From: an uncultured Gemmatimonadales bacterium
Lineage (GTDB): Bacteria > Gemmatimonadota > Gemmatimonadetes > Gemmatimonadales > Gemmatimonadaceae
Direction: 5' to 3'
Assembly (NCBI GenBank): GCA_963707505.1
Contig: CAVPQB010000004.1
Coordinates: forward strand, 992,001-1,056,000
Length of the DNA: 64,000 nucleotides
Below the pieces are notes generated by a model. That model ran no database searches. It was not told the DNA's origin and saw nothing but the letters and a program-made list of their open reading frames with translations. This document shows, in pieces, positions 29,522 to 39,709 of the stretch; positions within the stretch are counted from its first letter, which is position 1; every line of letters begins with the position of its first letter. Made by a program: the position numbers and the translations under genes.

Positions 29522-31032
29522 TCTGCGTCATCAACCCTGATTCGCGCGCTTCCGTGCGGGAAGAGCGACGTGAATATTCCGACTCCGACCGTTACCGCAG
29601 TACCGATCAAAACGTACCACGGCCACGCGATCGAGCCGATTGGCGCGAGCGCCGGCCACAGTGCGGAAAGCTGCTTGGCGAACACGACCACGCTCATCAC
29701 GAGAATGCCTACCGCCATTCCTGTAATGGCATCGCGCTGCTGCGCGCGGGCCCACGTAATGCCGAGCGCAAAACCACCGAGCAACGCGCCATACGTGAAC
29801 GACGCGATGGAGAGCGCGACCACAACCACCGGAGTGCCCTGTTGCTTGTACAGTAGCGCTATGATGAGCAGCAACAAGCCCCACGCCAGACTTACGAGCT
29901 TCGCCACCCTGAGCGTCCGCGGGTCGTTTGCGTCGCGATGAGTGAGCGGCAGGTAGATGTCGTGCACTGTCGCTGCGGCCAGCGAATTGATCGCGCCGGA
30001 GTGAGCGCTCATCGTTGCCGCAAGAATTGCCGCGACCAGGAGCCCGATAAGTCCCGTTGGCATCGCTGTCACGATGAACGTTGGAAAGATCTTGTCAGGC
30101 GAGTCGAACGTGCGCGCTCCGAAATACGCCCACAGTCCCGCGCCTATCATGAGGAAGAGTGCGAACTGGAAGAACACGGCGAAGCCGCTGCCTATGAGTG
30201 CGCGCCGCGCATCACGCAGCGAGGATGCAGTCATGAGGCGTTGCACGATGACCTGATCGGCACCGTGCGACGCCATCGACAGGAACGCGCCGCCCAGTAC
30301 GCCCGCGAGCAGCGTCTGCGGCCGGTCGAAACCCGTGTAGAGATCGATTGCCTGAAGCTTGCCGGCTGCCGCGGCAGAGTGGACGATATGGCTCCATCCT
30401 CCCGCAACTCCGTGCCCGATGATGACGACCGCGGCCGCCGCGCCCAGGAGATACACGCAGGTCTGGATGACATCGGTCCAGACCACAGCGCGCACGCCGC
30501 CAAAATACGCGTAGATCAAAGTGAGAGCGCCGAGCACCAGAATCGCGATCGGCATTACGACCGTTGCCGGGAGGATTGGTGACAGAATCAGCGCGATGGG
30601 AATCGCTGTTGCGAAGACACGGACCGAATCCGCGAAGGCCCGCGTGAACATGAAGACGACCGACGCGAAGCGACGCGTCGAAACGCCAAAGCGTTGCTCG
30701 AGTAAGGCGTACGCTGTTACGAGATTGCCGCCGTAATAGCGCGGCAACAATACATAAGCGACGACGATTCGGCCGATGATGTATCCAGCGGCGATCTGGA
30801 GAAAGCCGAGGTTCCCGATGTACGCCAGGCCGGGAATCGAGATGACCGTGAGTGCGCTGGTCTCCGTCGCGACGATAGAGAAGAGAACCGCCCACCACGG
30901 AATCGTATGATCGGCGACAAAGTAGTCGCGTGTGTTCTTCTGGTTGCGTCCTAGATAGACGCCCAGCAGCGTCGTTCCGGCCAGGTACGCAATGAGTACA
31001 ATAAGGTCGAGGGCGGTGAATGAGTTTTTCAT
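29518..31032 (-). CDS. sodium:solute symporter
   Basis: SIVATETSALT, GGVRAVVWTD, DQVIVQR. Confidence 0.92.
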   Translation of the reverse strand: MKNSFTALDLIVLIAYLAGTTLLGVYLGRNQKNTRDYFVADHTIPWWAVLFSIVATETSALTVISIPGLAYIGNLGFLQIAAGYIIGRIVVAYVLLPRYYGGNLVTAYALLEQRFGVSTRRFASVVFMFTRAFADSVRVFATAIPIALILSPILPATVVMPIAILVLGALTLIYAYFGGVRAVVWTDVIQTCVYLLGAAAAVVIIGHGVAGGWSHIVHSAAAAGKLQAIDLYTGFDRPQTLLAGVLGGAFLSMASHGADQVIVQRLMTASSLRDARRALIGSGFAVFFQFALFLMIGAGLWAYFGARTFDSPDKIFPTFIVTAMPTGLIGLLVAAILAATMSAHSGAINSLAAATVHDIYLPLTHRDANDPRTLRVAKLVSLAWGLLLLIIALLYKQQGTPVVVVALSIASFTYGALLGGFALGITWARAQQRDAITGMAVGILVMSVVVFAKQLSALWPALAPIGSIAWPWYVLIGTAVTVGVGIFTSLFPHGSARIRVDDAE

Positions 31033-31063
31033 TCACCGCCCTCGGTAATGCACCAAACCTCGG

Positions 31064-31420
31064 CTACGCCGAGAACGATGATCCGCAGCCGCAGCCGCCT
31101 GTCGCGTTCGGGTTCTTGAAGGTGAAGCCCGATCCCTGCATGGACGTCACGTAATCGATCGTAACGTTGTTGACGTACTGCGCGGAAAAGGGATCGACGA
31201 AGACGCGATAGCCGCCCTGCGAGAGGATCAGGTCGTCTTCCGCCGGCTTGTCCTCGATCAGCAGCGAGTACTTGAACCCGCTGCAGCCGCCCGGCTGGAT
31301 GCTGACGCGAAGGCCGCCTTCATCGGGCGAGACCTTCTCTATCTCCATGAATTTCTGCACCTCGACGCCTGCTGCTGGAGTCAGGGTCAGGTTGATTTCT
31401 GGTTGGCTGGATACCGCCAT
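31064..31420 (-). CDS. iscA: IscA/HesB-family Fe-S cluster carrier
   Basis: GGCSGFKY, NPNATGGCGCGSSF. Confidence 0.92.
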   Translation of the reverse strand: MAVSSQPEINLTLTPAAGVEVQKFMEIEKVSPDEGGLRVSIQPGGCSGFKYSLLIEDKPAEDDLILSQGGYRVFVDPFSAQYVNNVTIDYVTSMQGSGFTFKNPNATGGCGCGSSFSA

Positions 31421-31598
31421 GGCTCACTCCTTGGTGTACCTGAAATATAAACGGAAAATACGACTTTCCAGCGGCCCGTTACACCCGTCGTGGACGGGCG
31501 GTTCCGGGGCCGACCAATTATTTACAGCCGCGGTAATGGCAGGAAGGCTCGCGCTTTGCGATTATATCCTCACCCCACAACCTTCGGAATCCCACGTG

Positions 31599-32897
31599 AT
31601 GCCGCGACCACTCGTCCGACCGCTGTTCGTGCTTCTGCTCTTCACCGCGGGATGCTCAGTCGTGTACCACAAGCTGGACGATCCGACAGGCCTCCCCGAG
31701 GCGAACGTACGGCCCGGAATAACGGTGTTGCTGAACGACAGCATCGCCCTCGTCGCGGGTAAGCGAGTCGGGTTGCTGACCAACGCCAGCGGCGTCGATG
31801 AGCACGGCCGAAGTGACGTGAAGCTGCTCATGACGGATAAGCGTGCGACGAGATCCAACGTCCATCTCGTGGAGCTGTTTTCGCCCGAGCACGGGTTCGC
31901 GACTGCGCTGGACAGGACCGGCATCGCATCCGGCATCGATCCCGCGAGCGGGCTGGTGGTCGTCTCTTTATACACCAACCAGACCATTCCGCCCCCTGAC
32001 ACGACTCTTCGCGCGATAGACGTATTCGTGGTCGATCTACCTGACGTCGGCTCGCGCACCTGGACATACGATGGCGCAGTGGTTTACTCGATGCGCGCGG
32101 CGGCGCGGGCGCACAAGCCGATCGTCGTATTGGACAGGCCCAATCCCATTACCGGATCGTTCGTCGAAGGGCCGATGCTCGACTCAGCCCTCTCGAATGC
32201 GGATGATCCCGCGCCGGGTAAGCCCGGCCTCGCCTGGGCGATGTATCCGATCCCGCTCAGACACGGGATGACGATCGGCGAGCTTGCTCGGTTTTATAAC
32301 GCCGAGCTCAAGATCGGAGCAGATCTTCACGTTGTGCCCGTAGCACGATGGAGCCGCGAGGTCTGGTTCGACCGAACCGGCCTTCCGTTCATCGCTCCGT
32401 CGCCAAGCTTGCAGTCGTTTCCGGCCGTCATTCTCTACACGGGTCTGGTGCCTTTCGAGGCGACCAATCTCTCAGTGGGCCGCGGAACCGACGAGGCATT
32501 CCGACGGATCGGCGCGCCCTGGATGGATCCCAAGCGAGTGATCGGCTTGCTAAAGGACCGGCCGATTCGCGGCGTGCGATTCTCTCCCGTCGACTTTACT
32601 CCTGTTTCTCCGGGCGATAACAAGTATCCAGGCCAAGTGGTGCACGGGATAAGGATCGAGGTGACGGAGCGCAGTCAGCTGCAGACGAGCCGCCTGGCCG
32701 CCGGTCTGCTCTCGGCGATCCACGAGGCCTATCCGGCCCAACTCACGATCGACTCGACGCGATTCGATCGACTGTTCGGATCCCCCTCCGCGAGGCGCGC
32801 GATACTGAGCGGCGCCGATCCCGACGCGGTTATCGATTCGACCTACGGCCCGGCGTATGCGTTTCGTCAGCGAGTGTCGAAATATCTTATCTACTAA
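31599..32897 (+). CDS. namZ: exo-beta-N-acetylmuramidase NamZ (DUF1343), predicted lipoprotein
   Basis: Lipobox-like FTAGC; VGLLTN, LFSPEHG, VLDRPNP, RHGMTIGE, SVGRGT. Confidence 0.88.
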   Translation: MPRPLVRPLFVLLLFTAGCSVVYHKLDDPTGLPEANVRPGITVLLNDSIALVAGKRVGLLTNASGVDEHGRSDVKLLMTDKRATRSNVHLVELFSPEHGFATALDRTGIASGIDPASGLVVVSLYTNQTIPPPDTTLRAIDVFVVDLPDVGSRTWTYDGAVVYSMRAAARAHKPIVVLDRPNPITGSFVEGPMLDSALSNADDPAPGKPGLAWAMYPIPLRHGMTIGELARFYNAELKIGADLHVVPVARWSREVWFDRTGLPFIAPSPSLQSFPAVILYTGLVPFEATNLSVGRGTDEAFRRIGAPWMDPKRVIGLLKDRPIRGVRFSPVDFTPVSPGDNKYPGQVVHGIRIEVTERSQLQTSRLAAGLLSAIHEAYPAQLTIDSTRFDRLFGSPSARRAILSGADPDAVIDSTYGPAYAFRQRVSKYLIY

Positions 32898-32945
32898 CCG
32901 CATAGTAGATAAAATGGACGAATGGGTCATTTTCCCGGAGCATCA

Positions 32946-33278
32946 ATGAAGAAACTGATAGTCATGCTGGGCCTCGCCGTGGCCGCGACGGCCTGCGGCC
33001 CAAGACAGGTCGAGGTCAAAACGGGACCGCAGCCGGTGAGCGAGGTAACACTCAAGGTCACCAACAACCTCTCCCAGGCCGCCAACATTTACGTTGTGAG
33101 CAGCGGCAGCGACATCTTTCTCAAGCAGGTTGGCGCCAACAGCACGGAAACCATGAACGTGCCGGGTATCTCCGCTGGCGCGACGGTTGGATTGAAGGCG
33201 ACACCAATCGACGGCTCCCGCTCCTACACGCGCGACAACGTAACGCTGTCGGGATTGTACGAATGGCAGGTGCCGTAG
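32946..33278 (+). CDS. hypothetical small beta-rich lipoprotein
   Basis: MKKLIVMLGLAVAATAC lipoprotein signal; GGAG RBS. Confidence 0.8.
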   Translation: MKKLIVMLGLAVAATACGPRQVEVKTGPQPVSEVTLKVTNNLSQAANIYVVSSGSDIFLKQVGANSTETMNVPGISAGATVGLKATPIDGSRSYTRDNVTLSGLYEWQVP

Positions 33279-33345
33279 CCTTTGCAGCGTGGTTCGCAGT
33301 TAAACACCTAGCCCGATAGCCTCCGGCGGGCTACCTTCCACGCCG

Positions 33346-33978
33346 ATGAAGGCGATCTGGGAGGCTATAAAAGCTGGTTATTTGCGGGTCATTGAGCCCG
33401 CCGCTGATTTTCTGGTACGGCGGCGGGTCAATCCGAACGTAATAACGACCGTCGGCACGATCTGTACGCTCACCGGCGCGGTCGTGTACGCCAGCGGCCA
33501 TATCATGACGGCGGGCTGGATCATCGGGGTTACCGCGTTGTTCGATGTGCTGGACGGGACCGTCGCACGCCGAACCGGCCAGTCGAGCGTTTTTGGCGCC
33601 TTCTACGATTCTACCCTGGATCGAGTCGCCGATGGCGGCGTCATGGCGGGACTCGCGGTTTTCTACGCCTCGTCGGCGCTCTACCACAACATCTACATGC
33701 TCGTGGTGTGCCTGCTCGGGATCATCGGTACCTTCCTCGTTTCGTACACGCGCGCCCGCGCGGAAGCGCTCGGAATCGATGCCAAGGTCGGGGTGATGCA
33801 GCGACCGGAGCGCGTAGTGTTATTATCCGTACCACAGGCATTTTTCGGCCTGGCGCTGCATGGCTGGGTCCTCATGGGGATCGTCGTCCTGTTGACGGTT
33901 ACAGCATGGATAACGGCCGTCCAGCGCATCAGCTTCGTCCATCGCGCAACATCCAAGAAACCACTGGTGAATGTCTAA
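33346..33978 (+). CDS. CDP-alcohol phosphatidyltransferase, probable phosphatidylinositol-phosphate synthase
   Basis: DVLDGTVAR, GAFYDSTLDR, VSYTRARAE, RPER; overlaps ino1. Confidence 0.88.
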   Translation: MKAIWEAIKAGYLRVIEPAADFLVRRRVNPNVITTVGTICTLTGAVVYASGHIMTAGWIIGVTALFDVLDGTVARRTGQSSVFGAFYDSTLDRVADGGVMAGLAVFYASSALYHNIYMLVVCLLGIIGTFLVSYTRARAEALGIDAKVGVMQRPERVVLLSVPQAFFGLALHGWVLMGIVVLLTVTAWITAVQRISFVHRATSKKPLVNV

Positions 33979-35293
33979 CAGCTCAGCTGCACCCAAAATC
34001 GCGCCGGCTTCAGGTAAGCTCGGCATCCTCACGCCCGGCCTCGGCGCCGTGGCCACGACGTTCATCGCTGGAGTCGAGAGCATTCGCCGAGGGCTCGCGA
34101 AGCCGATCGGCTCGATCACGCAGACGGCGACGATTCGGCTCGGAAAGCGAACCGACAACCGCGCGCCGCTCATCAAGGACTTCGTTCCGCTCGCGGATCT
34201 GAATGACATAGTGTTCGGCGCATGGGATCCGATTCCGGATGACGCGCTGACGGCAGTTCGCAAGGCCGGCGTTCTGGAAGAGAAGGACGTGGCGCCGATC
34301 GCCGACTTCCTTGCGTCGATCAAGCCGATGCCCGCGGTATTCGACAATCACTACGTGACGCGCATCCACGGCACCAACGTCAAGACGGGCAAGACCAAGC
34401 GTGATCTCGCGGAGCAGCTGCGTCAGGACATTCGTGATTTCAAGGCGAAGAACAAGCTGGATCGGGTTGTGATCGTCTGGTGTGCATCGACCGAGATCTT
34501 CATCAAGGCGGGTCCGCAGCACGCGACGATCGAGCAGTTCGAGCGCGCCATGGACAACAACGACGAAGCGATCGCTCCATCGATGTTGTACGCGTATGCA
34601 GCGATCATGGAAAACGTGCCGTTCGCGAACGGCGCTCCGAATCTTTCGGCCGACGTTCCGGCACTCCTCCAGCTCGCGCAGCAGCGCGGCGTTCCACTTT
34701 CCGGCAAGGACTTCAAGACCGGCCAGACGTGGATGAAGACCGTCATCGCGCCAGGACTGAAGGCTCGCATGCTCGGACTTGCTGGATGGTATTCGACCAA
34801 CATCCTCGGCAACCGCGACGGAGAAGTTCTCGACGACCCGCAGTCGTTCAAGACCAAGGAAGAGTCCAAGCTGTCGGTGCTGCACACGATCCTGCAGCCC
34901 GAGAAGTATCCGGATCTGTACAAGGATTTCTCCCACGTCGTCCGCATCAACTACTATCCGCCGCGCGGCGACAACAAGGAAGGCTGGGACAACATCGACA
35001 TCTTCGGATGGATGAATTATCCCATGCAGATCAAGATCAACTTCCTCTGCCGCGATTCCATTCTCGCCGCGCCTCTGGTGCTCGATGTCGCGTTGTTCAG
35101 CGACTTCGCGCAACGCGCCGGGATGAAGGGAATCCAGGAGTGGCTGTCATTCTTCTACAAGAGCCCGATGACCGCCCCCGGACTGCAGCCCGAGCACGAT
35201 CTTTTCATCCAGCAGACCAAGATGAAGAACACGCTTCGTCATCTCATGGGCGAGGATCAGATCACTCACCTCGGGCTCGAGTACTACGCATAA
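33971..35293 (+). CDS. ino1: myo-inositol-1(3)-phosphate synthase
   Basis: GLGAVATT, WCASTE, GKDFKTGQT, NILGNRDG, GDNKEGWD, CRDSILAAP. Confidence 0.95.
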   Translation: MSNSSAAPKIAPASGKLGILTPGLGAVATTFIAGVESIRRGLAKPIGSITQTATIRLGKRTDNRAPLIKDFVPLADLNDIVFGAWDPIPDDALTAVRKAGVLEEKDVAPIADFLASIKPMPAVFDNHYVTRIHGTNVKTGKTKRDLAEQLRQDIRDFKAKNKLDRVVIVWCASTEIFIKAGPQHATIEQFERAMDNNDEAIAPSMLYAYAAIMENVPFANGAPNLSADVPALLQLAQQRGVPLSGKDFKTGQTWMKTVIAPGLKARMLGLAGWYSTNILGNRDGEVLDDPQSFKTKEESKLSVLHTILQPEKYPDLYKDFSHVVRINYYPPRGDNKEGWDNIDIFGWMNYPMQIKINFLCRDSILAAPLVLDVALFSDFAQRAGMKGIQEWLSFFYKSPMTAPGLQPEHDLFIQQTKMKNTLRHLMGEDQITHLGLEYYA

Positions 35294-35751
35294 TGAGGAC
35301 AGCGACGCTGATGTGGACATCACTGCTCGCGGCCGCCTCCGTTTCTCTGGCATCGTGCGGGGGTAACAACAACCGCGCGGCCGAGATTCGGCAGTGGACC
35401 GACGACATGGCTTTCCGCATCAGCGTCGTGCCAGCTCCTCCGATCGCAGAGGAGATGACGGTGTTCAAGGTCGTCGTGTCGGACAAGGAGAGCGGCCAGC
35501 CGATTCAGGCGGGGCAGGGGCGCATCTTCGCGACGAGCCAGGAGCACGCGCAGACGGGCGACGGCCTTGCAAAGGGGCCGGAAGTCGGCACGTACTACGC
35601 GCACGTTCGCTTTCCGGTGTCAGGCGACTGGGCAGTCGGCCTGCAGTTCCGCAGAGATTCAACCAGCAAGCTCGAGCGCACGCAGGACTGGCAGCAGCAG
35701 GTTCTGCCGGCTCCACCGCTCGGCCAGAGCACAGATACGACCAAACGCTAA
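35293..35751 (+). CDS. hypothetical lipoprotein, Ig-like (YtkA/FixH-like)
   Basis: TAATG coupling; SLASC lipobox; GTYYAHVRFPVSGDW. Confidence 0.75.
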   Translation: MRTATLMWTSLLAAASVSLASCGGNNNRAAEIRQWTDDMAFRISVVPAPPIAEEMTVFKVVVSDKESGQPIQAGQGRIFATSQEHAQTGDGLAKGPEVGTYYAHVRFPVSGDWAVGLQFRRDSTSKLERTQDWQQQVLPAPPLGQSTDTTKR

Positions 35752-35753
35752 CA

Positions 35754-36047
35754 ATGCGCCATTTTTTCAGATCTCATCTGAAGCCCGATCAGGTCCTCGC
35801 AATTGCGGACACGTTCTTTCCAACCATCCAGGAAAACCGAACCGCGTCCGCGAACCGTACTCGTGATTTCTCCGGTCCACTCGGCGCGCTCAAGCTCAGC
35901 GTGAAGATGGAAGGTGGACACTACACGTTCGTACAGATCGATACGGACCAGACCGGCGAGAGCCGCCTGGACCGTAACGCCAAGAAGTTCTTCGTCGAGC
36001 TGCATCGGGCCGAAGATCCGGCGTACACGCTTACTGCTTCATACTAG
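35754..36047 (+). CDS. hypothetical protein (97 aa)
   Basis: Fills operon gap exactly; MRHFFRSHL...TASY. Confidence 0.7.
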   Translation: MRHFFRSHLKPDQVLAIADTFFPTIQENRTASANRTRDFSGPLGALKLSVKMEGGHYTFVQIDTDQTGESRLDRNAKKFFVELHRAEDPAYTLTASY

Positions 36048-36055
36048 GTAGCGTC

Positions 36056-37118
36056 ATGACGTTGACGCGCGAGCAGAAGCTCGAGCTGTACTATTACATG
36101 CGGCTCACGCGCTCTCTCGAAGAGCGCCTCGTAAATCTTTATCGGCAGACCAAGGTAATCGGTGGCCTGTTCCGCTCACTCGGACAGGAAGCCGATGCTG
36201 TCGGCGCCGCATACGCACTCGATAAGTCGAAGGGCGACATTCTCTCGCCGCTCATTCGCAATCTCGGCGCGATGCTCGTGCGTGGTGCGGAGCCGACCGA
36301 GGTCATCAAGCAGTACATGGCCAAGGGCGATTCGCCAACGAAGGGAAAGGAGCTCAACATCCACTTCGGCGGCATCGAGCGCGGATTTGTCGGACAGATC
36401 TCGCACCTGGGTGACATGGTTCCAGTGATGGCTGGCGTCACGCTCGCAGCGAAAATGCGCGGTGAGGAGCGCGTGGGTCTCGTCTTCGTTGGAGACGGCG
36501 CTACGTCGACCGGCGCATTCCACGAGGGAATCAACTTTGCCTCCGTGCAGCGCTGTCCGCTCGTTGTGATCGTCGAGAACAACGGCTACGCATACTCCAC
36601 TCCGGTCGCGAAACAAACCGCTGCCAGGTCGTTCGTCGACAAGGCGATTGGTTATGGAATCCCGGGCGAGCAGGCGGATGGGAACGACGTGCTTGCAGTG
36701 TACGATGTCACCAAACGTGCAGTGGATCGCGCGCGACGCGGTGAAGGAGTGACACTCATCGAGCTCATTACCTACCGCAGAAAGGGCCACGCCGAGCACG
36801 ACAATCAATCATACGTCCCGGAAGGCGAGATCGATCGCTGGGCCGCGGAGAACGATCCGATCGACCGCTTCGTAAAGGTGCTGCGCGCAGAGAAGGTAAA
36901 AGCCTCGGAACTCACGGCGATCGACGATCGCATCAAGGCTGAGATCGACACCGCAACCGATGTTGCTGATGCATCACCGATGCCGGAGCCCATCGAAGCG
37001 CTTCGCGGTGTGTACGCGGGTCAGGCGAATGTGCCGCCGCTTGTGGTTTCGCGAAGATGTGAGCAGCGCGGTGGACAAACACGAGCGCGCGTCAGGGTGG
37101 GGGACTTACGATGTCTGA
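36056..37118 (+). CDS. 2-oxoacid dehydrogenase E1 alpha (frameshift near 37040)
   Basis: GDGATSTG, ENNGYAYST, YRRKGHAEHD; alternative frame ends WGTYDV-TGA at 37118. Confidence 0.9.
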
Positions 37119-38088
37119 GGTCACTTACCTCGAAGGGATTCGGCAGGCACTCTTCGAAGAAATGGAACGCGATCCCAACGTCTTCTGCCTCGGTGAAGAC
37201 ATCGGCGCGTATGGCGGTGCATTCAAGGTCACCGAGGGATTGCAGGAGAAGTTCGGTGCATCGAGAGTGATCGACACGCCGATCTCCGAGATCGCCATCG
37301 TTGGTGCTGCGGCGGGCGCTGCGCATATGGGGATGCGCCCGGTATGCGAGATGCAATTCATGGATTTCGTGTCGAATGCGTACGACATGCTCACCAACTA
37401 CGTCGCCACCGCGCGCTACCGAATCGGGCTTGGATGTCCGATGGTCGTGCGCGGCCCGAGCGGTGGATACGTGCGCGGCGGACCATTCCATTCGCAGAAC
37501 CCCGAGGCGGCATTCTTTCATACACCGGGGCTCAAGATCGTGAGTCCGGCCAGCGCCGCGGATGCAAAGGGGCTGATGAAGGCCGCAATCCGCGACGACG
37601 ACTGTGTGCTGTTCTTCGAACACAAGTATCTGTACCGGCGCATCAAGGAAGTGATGCCCGCCGGCGATCATGTGGTGCCCATCGGGAAGGCTCGTACTGC
37701 GCGGGAAGGAACGGACGTTTCGGTAATCACCTATTCCGCGACGCTGTGGAAGGCGCTGGAAGCGGCCGAAATCCTGCAGACGGAAGACGGTGTGTCGGTC
37801 GAGGTGATCGACCTGCGGACACTGTTGCCGCTGGACGATGCAGCCATCGTCGAGACGGTCAGAAAGACCAACCGGGTTCTGATCGTGCATGAGGATACCA
37901 GGACCGGCGGCATCGCTGGCGAGATCACGGCGCGGATCAACGAGACGTGCTTCGAGTGGCTCGATGCCCCCGTGCTTCGGGTCACAGCCGCCGACGTGCC
38001 ACTGCCGTATTCTCCGCCGCTCGAAGATTACGTACTGCCGCAAACGTCGGATATAGTGCGTGCGCTCCGGCGCATTGTAGCTTATTGA
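37111..38088 (+). CDS. 2-oxoacid dehydrogenase E1 beta
   Basis: LGEDIG, DTPISE, EMQFMDF, HSQNPE, DLRTLLPLD. Confidence 0.95.
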   Translation: MSEVTYLEGIRQALFEEMERDPNVFCLGEDIGAYGGAFKVTEGLQEKFGASRVIDTPISEIAIVGAAAGAAHMGMRPVCEMQFMDFVSNAYDMLTNYVATARYRIGLGCPMVVRGPSGGYVRGGPFHSQNPEAAFFHTPGLKIVSPASAADAKGLMKAAIRDDDCVLFFEHKYLYRRIKEVMPAGDHVVPIGKARTAREGTDVSVITYSATLWKALEAAEILQTEDGVSVEVIDLRTLLPLDDAAIVETVRKTNRVLIVHEDTRTGGIAGEITARINETCFEWLDAPVLRVTAADVPLPYSPPLEDYVLPQTSDIVRALRRIVAY

Positions 38089-38351
38089 TGAGTGAGGATC
38101 CGGCAGGCTCGGACCGGCTCTCGGTAGGCTCTCTGGTCGGGGCCGGCTGCTTTTCCGCCGTCGCGGGATTTTTCGGCGGCGGAATGATTGCCGTCCTCGT
38201 TGCGAAGTTCGTCGGGTCCTATCAGGGCTGCAAGCCGCCGGAGGGACTCCCGGCTTGCAACTGGGGATCGTATGCGCTCGTCGGTATGATTGCGGGGGTA
38301 GTGATACTTCCGCTCGTGTCGATTATCAGGCTGACAAGCCGGAGGTCATAG
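38088..38351 (+). CDS. small two-TM membrane protein (87 aa)
   Basis: TGATG coupling; two TMs flanking GCKPPEGLPAC. Confidence 0.7.
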   Translation: MSEDPAGSDRLSVGSLVGAGCFSAVAGFFGGGMIAVLVAKFVGSYQGCKPPEGLPACNWGSYALVGMIAGVVILPLVSIIRLTSRRS

Positions 38352-39707
38352 ATGGCTCGTATAGACGTCACAATGCCGCAGATGGGCGAGTCGATCGCGG
38401 AAGGCACGCTCTCCAAGTGGCTGAAAAAGGTCGGCGACGAGGTCAAGCGCGATGAGCCGATCTTTGAGATCTCGACCGACAAGGTCGACGCCGAAATCCC
38501 GTCGCCAACCGCTGGAACACTCGCCGAGATCCTGGTTCCGGAAGGGAAGACGGTGGCGGTCCAGACATTGGTCGCGAGAATCGAGACGGAAAAGGGTGCA
38601 CCAGTAGCTGCGACGTCACCAGCGGCAGCTGCTCCTGTTGCTGCCGCCGCTTTGGCCGGCGCCGCGGGGCCGGCCGCTGGCATCGCGAGCGCCGCTGCTG
38701 CCACCGCGCCGCCTGCTCAGAGCGATGGCAACGGCAATGGCAATCGCAACGGCTCCGCTCCGACGCCCGACTCGTTCGAGGGACGCCTGCGCGCCAAGTC
38801 GTCGCCGCTGGTCCGCAAGATGGCTGCAGAGCACGGCGTCGACATCGCGGGCCTGAATGGGAGCGGCATCGCGGGGCGCGTAACGAAGCGCGACCTGCTC
38901 GATCATCTCGCGAGTGGACCAGCATCGCGGCCAACTGCATCCATGCATGCGCCCGGTGGCGCAACCGAGTTCCACGGACCGCTTCCGGAGCCATGGGCTG
39001 GTGATCGCGTCGAGCCGATGTCGAAGATGCGCGCGCTGATAAGCGACCACATGGTCGCATCCCGCCGCACATCTGCACACGTGACGTCGTTCATGGAGAT
39101 GGACTTCACGCGCATTGCAAAGATCCGCGCGAGCAAGCGGCGCGAGTTCGAGACCGCTACGGGTGAAAAGCTTTCGTTCATGCCTTTCATCATCAAGGCG
39201 ACAGTGGACGCGATCAAGCAATATCCGATCATGAACTCGTCGGTCGCCGGCACCAACGTTATCTACCGTCGTCCGGTCAACATTGGAATTGCCGTCGCGC
39301 TCGATTGGGGTCTGCTAGTACCGGTCATCAAGAACGCGGACGATCTGTCACTTACGGGACTCACGCGCGCTCTCAACGATCTCGCAAACCGTGCGCGCAG
39401 CAAGAAGCTGTCACCACAGGAAGTCCAGGACGGCACATTCACGATCACCAACCCGGGGGTGTTCGGCTCGCTCATGGGAACGCCGATCATCAATCAGCCG
39501 CAAGTGGCGATCATGGGTGTGGGTGCAATCGAGAAACGACCCAAGGTAATATCGGGGGCCGACGGTGAGGATACGATTGCGATTCGCACATGTGCGTATT
39601 TCTCGATCTCGTTCGACCATCGCGTGATCGATGGTGCAGTGGCCGACCAGTTCCTTGCGCAGGTCAAGCGGAACATCGAGTCGTTCCCAGAGAATGGAGT
39701 GATCTGA
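38352..39707 (+). CDS. dihydrolipoamide acyltransferase E2
   Basis: Lipoyl STDKVDAE, binding domain SPLVRK...GRVTKRD, catalytic FDHRVIDG. Confidence 0.95.
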   Translation: MARIDVTMPQMGESIAEGTLSKWLKKVGDEVKRDEPIFEISTDKVDAEIPSPTAGTLAEILVPEGKTVAVQTLVARIETEKGAPVAATSPAAAAPVAAAALAGAAGPAAGIASAAAATAPPAQSDGNGNGNRNGSAPTPDSFEGRLRAKSSPLVRKMAAEHGVDIAGLNGSGIAGRVTKRDLLDHLASGPASRPTASMHAPGGATEFHGPLPEPWAGDRVEPMSKMRALISDHMVASRRTSAHVTSFMEMDFTRIAKIRASKRREFETATGEKLSFMPFIIKATVDAIKQYPIMNSSVAGTNVIYRRPVNIGIAVALDWGLLVPVIKNADDLSLTGLTRALNDLANRARSKKLSPQEVQDGTFTITNPGVFGSLMGTPIINQPQVAIMGVGAIEKRPKVISGADGEDTIAIRTCAYFSISFDHRVIDGAVADQFLAQVKRNIESFPENGVI

Positions 39708-39709
39708 CC

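Noticed and set aside
31248..31598. N-terminal extension of NamZ in the ORF track
   Set aside because: Overlaps iscA on the other strand; the lipoprotein signal starts at 31599
34480..35292. Upstream part of the 423-aa ORF 34480..35751
   Set aside because: Off-frame overlap with ino1; the real gene starts at ATG 35293
38600..38770. Ala-rich and NGNGN repeats in E2
   Set aside because: Ordinary flexible inter-domain linker
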